The notes under the pieces were generated by a model. That model did not search any database, had not been told where the DNA came from, and saw only the letters and a list, made by a program, of their open reading frames with translations. From positions 19,800,132 through 19,864,131 of the forward strand of contig NC_068985.1 in the NCBI RefSeq assembly GCF_001194135.2: DNA of 64,000 nucleotides, given 5' to 3'. The DNA comes from Octopus bimaculoides (Eukaryota). Both the position numbers and the translations under genes were made by a program. Positions 46,551-58,700 of this stretch are shown one piece after another (the first letter of the stretch is position 1; each line of letters begins with the position of its first letter).

Positions 46551-49500
46551 GTATATTTATATATAAGGGCAAGAAGCAAGCCTCATCCACCTTTTTTTTT
46601 TCTGTTGTCACTGCTACATTCCCCTCTCATTTGAACTTTACAACTCTAATCCAACTTAAAGCCACTTGGGACACATGTATGCCTGTGTAGGCATGTAGCT
46701 TGTGTACATACGCACGGAAACAAATGCATGCATACACACATGCATGCATGTACACACACATGCATGTATAATACAAACATACAATGCATACAAATTGTTA
46801 AACCTGTTTGTTTTCAAAACGTCCTTGACCTATTACAAACTGAAATTGATGAAACAAAATCTGAGCTAAGGGAAGTAAGTTAACATTACGAAAAGTAAAT
46901 AAATAAATAAAATAAAAATCCGTAACGCATCTCGGGCCAAAAAGTTGATGTTTAGTCATTTGTTAGAGTAGGCATTACATTTATTTTGTGTTAATTGTTA
47001 TAGTAGTTTCATATATCTCATTATTGATTGTGTAGTTCTTGTTCGATTCCTGGACCGCGCTGTATGTTCTGTTCCTGAGCAAGACACTTTATTTCACGTT
47101 GTTCCAGTTCACTCAGCTGTAGAAATGAACTGTGACATCACTGGTGTCAAGCTGTATCGGCCTTTGCCTTTTCCTTGGATTACATTGGTGGTGTGGAGAA
47201 AGGAAGTTGGTATGGGCGACTGCTGGTCTTCCATAAACAACCTTTCCCGGACTTGTGCCTTGGAGGGTAACTTTCTAGGTGCAATCTGATGGCCATTCAT
47301 GACCGAAGGGGATCTTTATCCTCTTAGTTTTTCACGGAATAGTTATTGATGTCTCATCATCATCATTTTACGTCTGCCGTCCTTGCCAGCATGCATTGGA
47401 CAGCTCAGAACAGTTTGTATCAATTCTTCTTGGAAGTCATTATATTCATTGACAGTTAGTCGTCTGTTTAATTTTAACTTATTTTCCTTGCTTACATCTT
47501 CCTTTCCCAAGCTGCTTTACAGAGTGTACAGGGTGCATTTTATTATAGTGCCAGCACTATGGAGGTTTAAACAGATGGAATATTCATAGTTAAAACTGAC
47601 AGGACTTACTGGAGTGGGGAAGTAAATTCAGTGGTGTAGCTGCCTGGGACAGTCATTGAGTTTTGCCACATCCCCGGATCTCCACAGTCCTATAAAAGCT
47701 TACATAGCAGGCCTTTAAGTTATGCACCCAAAAAGCATCACCTGGAGTGGATGTCCCCTAGCTACACTGCTGCGTAAATTCTCAAACCAGAGACCTAACC
47801 TGAATACTTGCAACAGATTGGATTCCAATAAATGTACCTAAGGTGTCAGTTTGTGGTATTAAATTACGAAACTAAATTAGTCTCCTGCCCAAGTTGGACT
47901 TGGTCTAATTTTGAACTTAGAATGCAAAAAGCCAAAACAACTACTGCAAGTTTGACCTTAACCCTTTAACATTTAAACTAGACATATTCAGCCCATATAT
48001 TCTACCAGTTTTATGTTGAAACTGGCCAGATCCAGCCTCTCACACCTCTCCTACAATGTCATTCTAAAAATAAACAATCGCATCATCAAAATCTCAAGGC
48101 TATGAGATAATACCTGATTAATTTTTAAATTAACCGTGTGGATAAATAAGCATTATAATAATAAATTAATCTGAATTCTAAAAGTTTAAAATTTCACCAG
48201 TCCACTGTCCTGGGTTGGTACTTTTATATTTACTGATCCTGAAAAGGTGGAGAGCAAACTTTAACTTGACAGGATTTGTACTCAAAATGCAGAGAGTCAG
48301 AACAAATACCACAAGGTATTTTATCTGATGCCTTTAAGACTCTGCCAATTCATTGTCTGTTGGTGGTTAATGATTTTATATAGTCTGATATGTGGCTGTT
48401 TGTTTGACACTGAATAGATGCAGGTGTGGTTAAGAAGCTTGCTTTCCAACTATGTGATGATGGGTTCAGTCTCACCTTGAGCAAGTGTCTACTACAATAG
48501 CCCTGGGCCAAATTCACTATCAAATACACTTGCAAATACACTCAATATCATGTGATGGTTGTAAACGAGCACCACCATCATACAAGTGATGTTTGTTTCT
48601 AGTCTTCTAGAAGCAGGTGAGAAGGTTGGCAACAGGAAAATCTGCCTCAAAGAATTCCATCCGACTCGTGCAAGGATGGAAGAGTAGATGTTAAACAATA
48701 ATGATTCCGACAGCATTTGTAATAAAACACAATGACAAATACAAACAGTTCCAATGTAAATAAGATTGGCTTCTAAAAGCCATGAAACCATGTTTCAACT
48801 ATTTATAGTGTTGCTCATTTGAAGAAAGTTATAGATTAGCGATACCTTTCCATTTAATAAGCATTCTACGTTTTAGTTGATGCAAGTAAAAAAAAGTGAA
48901 AATTCATTTATACTCGGTAACATTAACGTCAACTGCATCAAAATTGATATGATTATCATCATCATTATCATCATCATCGTTTAACGTCCGCTTTCCATGC
49001 TAGCATGGGTTGGACGATTTGACTGAAGACTGGTGAACCAGATGGCTACACCAGGCTCCAATCTGATTTGGCAGAGTTTCTACAGCTGGATGCCCTTCCT
49101 AACGCCAACCACTCTGAGAGTGTAGTGGGTGCTTTTACGTGCCACCGACATGAAGGCCAGTTAGGAGGTACTGGCAACGGCCACGTTCGAAATGGTGTAT
49201 TTTACGTGCCACCTGCACAGGAGCCAGTCCAGCAGTACTGGCAACGAACTCGCTCGAATGTCTTTTCACGTGCCAGGAAGGCGACGTTGGTAACGGTCGC
49301 GCTCAAATGGTGCTCTGGCAACGATCACGCTTGGACGGTGCTCTTAGTGATTTACTGGTACTGGTGCCATCACGATTTCGCTTTCGCTTGCGCCAACAGG
49401 TCTTCGCAAGCCTAGTTTAGTGTTCAATGAAGATGTTGGCATGGGTGCCAGTCTACAAATTTAGTTCGATTTCGATTTCACTTGCCTCAACAGATCTTCG

Positions 49501-49558
49501 TAAAGAAGGAATGATTAATCACTTCATATTTCTTTTGCTTTTTATACATCATCTACAG

Positions 49559-49721
49559 AAGCCTGGAAGGTTTAAGTCCTGTAACAAATATCGAATTGGA
49601 TGGAAAAGAAGTTACTTGTAGAGTTGACGAGTTGAAACAGTTATCTGTGCTTGGAAATGGAAGCTTTGGAGTTGTTTTTGAGATGCAGCATGTACCAACC
49701 CAAAAGATTATGGCTGTCAAG
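49559..49721 (+). CDS. MAP2K exon: Gly-rich loop and VAIK lysine (SLEGL...LGNGSFGVV...IMAVK)
   Basis: ctacag|A acceptor and AAG|gtaggt donor. Confidence 0.92.
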
Positions 49722-52700
49722 GTAGGTATTTAGCATGTAAAAATTGAAATACAAAGCACAAGTAGAGATAATGTATTTATTCAAATATTGCAGAAGGATT
49801 GCTTGAAATATGTTTATATATATTTTTATATAAGAAAATAAAATGACAAAAGAAAGAAATAAACGATTATCTTATGAACTTCATTAGCTTACAGTTGTTT
49901 TTGCTATAAGATGCAGTGGACTCGGTTAAGTGCTTGAGTAACATCTTATAGCTTTATCAGAGCCTTAGCACTTCATATTCGAGGCTTTGATGAAGCTATA
50001 AGGTGTTACTCAAGCACTCAACTACGAGTCCACTGCATCTTATAACTGAAACAGCTCTAAACTAATGAAATTCAAAAGATAATCATTTATTCCTTTGTCA
50101 TCTTATTTTCTTATTACTGCTCTGTACTCAACTAATGCTTTACTCTGAAGCATATGTGTATTGTGTTCTACATTAGGTTATTAGCCTCATTAAGTGAAAT
50201 ATATATGTGTGTACCTTCAGGCTTTGCCAATACTTTGAATAAATGACATACTATACTTGATGGCTCCAGCACTGATGAGGTTTGTTTTGGCATGGTTTTC
50301 ACAGCTGGATTCCCTTCCTAATGTCAACCACTTTACAGAGTGAACTGGATAAGATACTGAAAAAATTGGAAATGTCACAAGCTTTTATGCTTCTGCACAC
50401 AGCTACAGTGTTTTAAATATTATACACATTGTTATTTTAATCTAATGTTTCATGTGTGAATATTGATTCAAGTATATATCTTTTTTTATCTATGTAGCCT
50501 TTTATTTTCACAATTGGTTTTGCAGACTTTAAACAGAGCATCTTGAATCTCTACAAATGAGAATTTTTCTGTAACTTTTAACAGGAATCAAACAAGTTAT
50601 GTTTAAAAATCTGTTATATGCATGCACTTGGCAGCGAATACATGCTACTAACAAAGTCCAACAAAGCAGAAAAGCACATCTTACATTCTCACCTGCTGCT
50701 GGTTAGATGATTTTTGTCTGCTACTGAAATAGTTTGTGTTTTTAAGCATATCACATCTATAAGAGAAGCTATCTCTTGATGAATGCTGCTGGAAATTTGC
50801 TTTTTTCACAATGTATTTAGAATATGATGCACAGGAGGCCATGAGTTTTGGTTATTTTTTGCTTTATCCTAACTTTTCAGCATTCAGGTTGCTCTGTCAA
50901 ATATAATGCTTATTTATTCGCATATTTTCGAATTAATTATGCATTATCTTGTAGCATGGAGATTTCAGTGATGTGATTGTATATTTTTAGAATGGTGTTG
51001 TTGGTTAGTGTGATCGTTTGGCCAGTTTAAACATAAAGCAGGTAGAATGTTTGGGCTAAATACAGTCAGTTTAAATGTTTTAAAGAAAATTTCTGCTAAG
51101 CTAAATACTACTTTTTCTCATGATGAAGAAAATGCCATTGCTTATTTTTATGCCATGTTTTTTTATTTCAAATTCTCTATTTTGCTTGACTTGTGTCATA
51201 AACAAGCCACTTTTCACTTCCCCTTTGTATAGTTACCCTGTCTTTGTTCAATTATGACATGTATATAATATCTAAATGCATCCATTTATATTTTTATTGA
51301 AAATTTTCTAACGAAGTATTTCAAACTATTTTGTTTATTCTTTCAGAAAATAAAATTCGTTACTTCTGACAAAGATAAAATGAAACGTTTAGTACGAGAT
51401 TTGGAGATTTCAAAGAAAGTTGATAGTGAATATACTGTGAGATGTTTAGGAACACTTTTCAGTGAGGTATATTTTTTTTATTTTATTTTTGTATTTGGTT
51501 TGCTAGATTGTTGATGTGAACTCATGTGTAGAAGCAGATTTTGTTATATCTTGGTAGGGTCATCATGCCAATAATAAACATGCACACTGGTTCTAGTTCA
51601 CTTCTTTCGTAATTATTAGTCAATTAGTTAAAATTTAACCACTTAACGAATTGATTGTTTGATTAATCATTCAGTCAGTCAGTCAATCAATCAATCTTTT
51701 CCCCTGCTTGATTGGCAGATGGACATGAAGCAAACCTGGAACAGAGTGGATATGTCTTTGATGAAGTCACAAATGGTAATGAAAGGACTTTGACAAACTT
51801 AGCTGATTGATCAAACAATTAATCAAACAATCAGTTAGTTAATTGGTTAAATGATTAACCAGAATAAAAAAAAAGTGTTTTTGACTTAAGATGTTTCAGC
51901 TATGAACATTCTGTCTTTTTTCAGCTACATTTAGGCAATATGGTGTAATTTGAAAGAAACTTGGCTATTATTTCTAGTACATTGAGAGACCATGCAGAAG
52001 CTCCCTTTTCGACTCATTTCTAGTGGGTATATGTGAATATAGGTAATCTCTGCAAATGTAAATAGAAGTTTTGAGAATCTAAGCCTGACTGGTTCCATTA
52101 TATACAAAGCAAAATCTAGAGACACTTCTTGGCATGTACCTAGTCTGAGAAACATTCTGGACTCCAACACTATGTATATACAAATTTGCACACATACACA
52201 TTATGGTAATATTTATGGTAATATTTTTTATCATTATTTATTCCTTTTAATGAAGGGAGATGTCTGGATACTTATGGAAAAAAAGGATCTGTGCTTGGAG
52301 CAATTTTATCAGTATGTTATCAATTCCACTGATATTCCTGAAGCATTTTTGGCTAAAACAACTTTAATTGTAAGTATTATAAATACAATTGATATCACAA
52401 TGTCACAATTAGCATTTGGCAGAATTGTTAGCTGATCAGACAAAATACTTAGCAGTATTTTTGGCTCTACATTCTCAATTTAACTTTGAATTCTGTTGAG
52501 ATTAACTTTGCTTTTCATCCTTTCAGGGTTGATAAAATAAATACCAGTTAAGTAGTGGGGCTGATATTGATCTAGAAATTTGATAAATACAGTTTTATTA
52601 AATGTTTATTGTTCTCTTATGTTGTTAATTATACTCTTGTTCTTTTTATCTAGGTTGTAAAAGCTTTGCAATATCTGAGAAAAGAATTAAAAATAATGCA

Positions 52701-55700
52701 CAAAGATGTTAAACCATCAAACATATTACTTGAAAAGAACGGAGGAGTTTGTGTATGTGACTTTGGTGTTAGTGGACCTCTGGATGATTCATTTGCCAAG
52801 TCAATGAATGCTGGATGTAAAGCTTACATGGCTGTAGGTACCTTTTGTACAATTTTTTTTTGTACTCTCTTTGTATATTTATGTATTTCTTGTGACGATT
52901 TTTTTTGTTGTTAGTGTAATTTGAAACACTTCCGTATTGTTTTTAGTGTCATTGGCATTGTCATCATCAACTTCATCAGCTTAGCTTTCACTTTTCCATG
53001 CTTGCATGGGTCAGACGGAATTTTTTGAGGCAGATTTATTACAGTTGAATGTTCTTGTTGATGATGCTTACCAGTTTCCAAGTGAGGTAATATTTCCCAT
53101 GGAAAATTAGAGACAAACAACATTACTTGTATAATTTACAACCATCATGTGATGCCTAGATAAGAGTATACACACACACATACACATGCACACACATGTA
53201 TGTTTATATATGTATACACACACACACTGTTTAAGACTATTCTTAATATTTGAGTGTAAGTTCCATCTAGCTTGGATTCCACCAAGAAACAGTTGTAAGG
53301 AGATCTGCCTGTTTCCACAATTATAAGGGAAAGGTGCTTGCTCTTTGCTGGACTTTGCTGGTGAGCTAAAGAAGATCTAGCAAGTGACCTACGGCAATGG
53401 ATGCTAAAGCATGGCTGTACCTCAGCAAGTTGTTCAGAAACAATGTATGTAGACCAACTCACCAGAGATACTGGATGCCTCCCTGAAGACCTCCCTCAAC
53501 TGATGCAGGACTGAGATGGATGGCATGTGCAGGTTAAAAATGTCTGAGCAAGACCAACTAGACGTTATAGCAAGTTAATAAAAAAATATATATAATTTTA
53601 AAGAGAATAAGTTTTTGTAGCAGTGCATGTACATAAATTAAGGCATGTAGTTGCATAGAAAGAAAAACTAAACACATTTAATCATTTTGCTGTTTCTGTG
53701 GAAGGGGTAGACTTAGGAAGAAATGGAGCCAAATGGTGAGAAAGGGTCTTCAAATGTTGGGCCTCACAGAGCGGATGGCAGGGGACTGAGACTCCTGGCA
53801 GTTTGCTTTGCTTGAGAAGACACGTCAGGCTAAGTAAAATCATGGCTGTCCTTGCATACAAGCATGTCCCTTGCATCCCTCTCCAGCTGAGCATTCCTAA
53901 TCTTATAGGCTCGTGAGTGCTGGTGCCACATAAAAAGCACGTCTACTGGTGCCATGTAAAAGCACCCAAGCCGGTGCTGCATACAAATACCCAGTACACT
54001 CTGTAAAGTGGTTAGCATTAGAAAGGGAATCCAGCCATAGAAACCATGCCAAAACAGCCTGGGCAGATCTTCAGCATCAACACTGTCATAGAAAAATATA
54101 ACATTCTTATAGTGAGTTGAATTCTTCATTACATATCGGTTTGAGCAATAAATATAATTTATGCCATTCTGAATATAACCAGGGAAAATTGGGTAACATT
54201 TACAACACACTACATCCCCAACACTATCTATTTCTCTCTCTCATTCTGACTGTCTTTCTATCTTTCTAACTCCTTACCATCTTCCTTGTCCTACAGGGAT
54301 GGTCTAGTATCTCCTCTTGTATGACAACTATCCCTGTCCCTCTATCATACCCTAATTTCTCACCTGGCACACAGCCACTTCCCTTGGTTCCACTCCTCTA
54401 CTTGGTAACCCCATTGGTGTCTCATAAACAGCACCTATGACAGTACCACATAAAAAGTACCTATGCTGGTACCACAGCCCATGTGCCAATACCATGTAGA
54501 AAACACCCATGCTGGAGCCACATAAAAAGTCCCCAGTACACTCTGTAAAGTGGTTAGTAAAGAAAGGGCATCCAGGTGTAGAAACCATGCTAAAACAGAC
54601 AATTGAAGTCTGGCACAGCTCTCCTGCTTACCAACTCCTGTCAAACTGTCCAACCCATGTTAGCATGGAAAATGATGATGTTGATGATGATGATTTAATT
54701 GTTATGCATAATGCACATCCATAATTTATTGCTTGCTCTTTTAGCCTGAATTGATTGATCCTGATCTATCACCTGTACAAAATGATGTCCGGTCAGATGT
54801 CTGGAGTTTAGGAATAACGCTGGTAAGTAATTTTCATTAATTTTCATCTTGCTTGGTTTCACATTTTAATAAGCACATTATATATACTTGAGGAATATTT
54901 TCACCTATTTATATTTTTAAATAAAGATTTTTTTTTTATAGCTTTTACCATTTTTGTAATTTTTAAGAGCAAATCAATTCTTCTCCTTTCTAGTCTTGCA
55001 ACCAAGCAGTTGCAGCCTAATTGTCAAACAGTTAAGTGTTAATTTTCTTACTGCCAATACCACAGAATATGGTAGTTAAGTTAAATTCATGATTATTTCA
55101 ACAAAAATATTTTCTAATGTTTCAGTAGCTATTTCTCTATTCTTGCTAACATATACTTATTACAGAAAAACAAGTTCTTCACACGGAAGTTCTTCTACTC
55201 CTAATAATTCAGTAACAGTATGGTATCAACTCTTTCAAAAGAAGAGCAGCCCTAGCCTTGAAATACTATTGGTCACATATTTAAGTGTAATCTGATTAGC
55301 TTACCTTGATCAAACTGAGAAACAACATATATTGTTGTCACAACCTCATTCACTGCTACTTCATACCATTGATCTTTACATAGTTCTCCATTTTGTTGTA
55401 TAAGTGATGGTTTTTTTCCCTCCCCTATTTTCAATAAAATGCTATAACCCTTAACTACTTTTCATTCTAAATCTTTTTCTAATTGTTTAAGTTTCTTCCT
55501 TTCATGGGCCTTCAAACTTCTATGGAGTTATAGAAGCACTGCTGTGTCATATGCCATATCTTGGCATTTTAAACCTAGTGTGACTCATTCCTTCCAGGTT
55601 CTGAGAATATTTGATTTCTGCTAGAGTGACAGGAAGGGAGAGAGAGAGAGAGATGAAATTGACTCCAGTACTAAACTGGTACTTTATTTATTGATCCCCT

Positions 55701-58700
55701 AAAAGATGAAAGGCAAAGTTTATCTTGGTGGGATTTGACCTCAATGCAAAGAGCCAAAACAAATACCTGAAAGCATTTTATTTAAGGTTGTAATCATTCT
55801 GCCTATTAACAGCTGAATAACTTTCCTGTTACTAGCTTGCACTTTATCTACTTATGTTGAAATATAGTGATATTAATTCATAAAATATTTTAGCTAATAC
55901 CTATCTTAAGTTAAACATTTTATATACTCTTTTGAAATTAATTAATTTTCTTTAATTACAGATTGAAGTAGGAAATGGAAAATATCCATACACAATTACT
56001 TCAAATCCCTTTGATTTTGTGAAAGAGATTGTTGAAGGAGATCCACCGAAATTAACTCCTGGCAAATACTCAAAGAATTTTGAAATGTTTACTGCATTCT
56101 GGTATGGTTTCTTATATCTGTGAACAATTAACTTTTTCATATTTCTAGTTTGGGGAGTGATCTAATCCAAAATATGATGATGATAATGACCATCATTTAA
56201 CAATCGCTTTCCATGTTGGTGTGGATAAGACAGTTTAATAGGGGACTGGTGAGCTGCAGGGCTGCGTTGAGCTCCAATGTCATCTTTGGTGTGTTTTCTA
56301 TGGTTGGAATCCTTTTCTAATGCCAATCACTTTAGAGTGTACTGGATGCTTTTTTCTTGCCATCAACACTTGTAAGATTGCCACATAACTTGCAAGACAG
56401 CAAAGAACAGAGGAAAAGGAAAAACTCCCACTACTAAGAAGGAGTATTTGTGAGGGGAAGATGTCAGGTATTGAAAAGCTAGACTATGATAGAGGGACAA
56501 GCACATATGTCTTGTTATAAAGGAGTTATATGGCTGAAGGAGACAAGAGGAAGGTAGTGATAGTGCTAAAGCAAACTCTCAAGGAAAAAGGTGAGTATAA
56601 GTGAGGACATGGATGGTGGGTGATGGGAAGGGATAAGAGATGAGAAGGGAAGTAGAGGTTAATATAGTGAGTGATGCACAAGGATGGGGATGCAGAAGAT
56701 GGAAAACACCAGTATGTTGAGGGGTAAGGTGGAAGATAGGAGTGACTCAGGAAGGAGCATAGAAGAGAAAGTAATATGATGTGCAAAGTGTAGGAATTGT
56801 GGGAGATATTGAGATACATTAGGGGCTATAGTAGGTAGGTCATGATGATTGATATTTGAGGGCATTTAGAGGTGTTTGAATGGAGTATAGCTGAGGGGAG
56901 AAAGAGCAGTGATTGGTTGAAATTGTGTGGGCAGGGATGATGAGGAATGGAAGTAGTTCTGGAATTGGTTTGACCGTTTGAAAGAGAATGGGATATAATA
57001 TGTGCAATACTGCTCTTAAGTGAGTACAACACAGAAAAATACCAACCATTTTGGTCCTTTGTCTTCTCTGTACGGCTTAACATCTTGAGAGTAGCCTTTG
57101 ATACTTCGTCCCATGTCTCCCTGGGTTTCCCTCGTCTATGAGTTTTATCCATTTTAAGTAGTGACTCTGCTGGTGCAACATAAAAAGGATCCAGTTCACA
57201 CTGTAGGCATCTAGTAACTTCGTCAAAGCAGACAGTGGAGCCTGGTACAGTCCTATGGCTAGCCAGCTCCTGTCACACTGTCCAACCCATGCCAGTTGGC
57301 ATGATGATGATGATGATCATGGAAAATGAATGTTAAATGATGATGATGATACATACATGAGACAGACTTTATTAAATAGGGGAAATGTTATGACAAGAGC
57401 TCCTTACATCTTTTCCTGGGACTACATAAGATTTGGAAACTGATAACAATATCTAGAACTGGCCACAACTATAAAAACGATCATTTAGCATCAATAATTT
57501 GGTGTTTGGAAGGGTATCCAGCCATAGGAACCATGTCAAAACAGACAGTAAAGCTTAGTGCAATCTGCTGGCTTGCCAGCTTCTGTCATAATGTCAGCAT
57601 GAATTCAATTTATAATAATCTATATATATAAAAATGAGAATGTGTGTCTGTCTGTCTGTCTGTCTGTCTGTGTGAATCCCTAAAACTCGAGAACTACGCA
57701 ACCAATTTCATTCAAATTTTACACATGCCTTACTTAGGGTTCCAGTTGTGTTTTAGTCAAAAAAAAATTTTAACTTCTTGCAGAGTTCGAGCCCACGGCA
57801 ACATAATATCTCCTCTACTATTTAAGTATTACGTGTCAAAAGTGAAACAAAACACTCATGTCAAATACTTTCACTTTAAAAATGAAACTATTCTACTAAC
57901 TGAAACAATCACATTTCGATACTGTAATGACAGATATTTTCAGACAGAGAGAGANNNNNNNNNNNNNNNNNNNNNNNNNNNNNNNNNNNNNNNNNNNNNN
58001 NNNNNNNNNNNNNNNNNNNNNNNNNNNNNNNNNNNNNNNNNNNNNNNNNNNNNNNNNNNNNNNNNNNNNNNNNNNNNNNNNNNNNNNNNNNNNNNNNNNN
58101 NNNNNNNNNNNNNNNNNNNNNNNNNNNNNNNNNNNNNNNNNNNNNNNNNNNNNNNNNNNNNNNNNNNNNNNNNNNNNNNNNNNNNNNNNNNNNNNNNNNN
58201 NNNNNNNNNNNNNNNNNNNNNNNNNNNNNNNNNNNNNNNNNNNNNNNNNNNNNNNNNNNNNNNNNNNNNNNNNNNNNNNNNNNNNNNNNNNNNNNNNNNN
58301 NNNNNNNNNNNNNNNNNNNNNNNNNNNNNNNNNNNNNNNNNNNNNNNNNNNNNNNNNNNNNNNNNNNNNNNNNNNNNNNNNNNNNNNNNNNNNNNNNNNN
58401 NNNNNNNNNNNNNNNNNNNNNNNNNNNNNNNNNNNNNNNNNNNNNNNNNNNNNNNNNNNNNNNNNNNNNNNNNNNNNNNNNNNNNNNNNNNNNNNNNNNN
58501 NNNTACAACAGTGTAAGACTACCCTTTCAGATATACTTACATTGTGATTTCTGCAATGTGGTGCATAAATTGTCAAGTAAATGAGACGCATCTTTGCCTC
58601 CACTGATTCACTTGCAAAGTATTGAGTAAAATTATTTCGTTGCAGACCTCCTTTGGGTCTTTTTATTATCACTACGACACAGTTGGTAACATTGATTTCA

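Noticed and set aside
46827-46874. Coiled-coil-like DLLQTEIDETKSELRE followed by GTAAGT
   Set aside because: There is no AG acceptor or in-frame ATG, and phase 0 does not fit the MAP2K exon.
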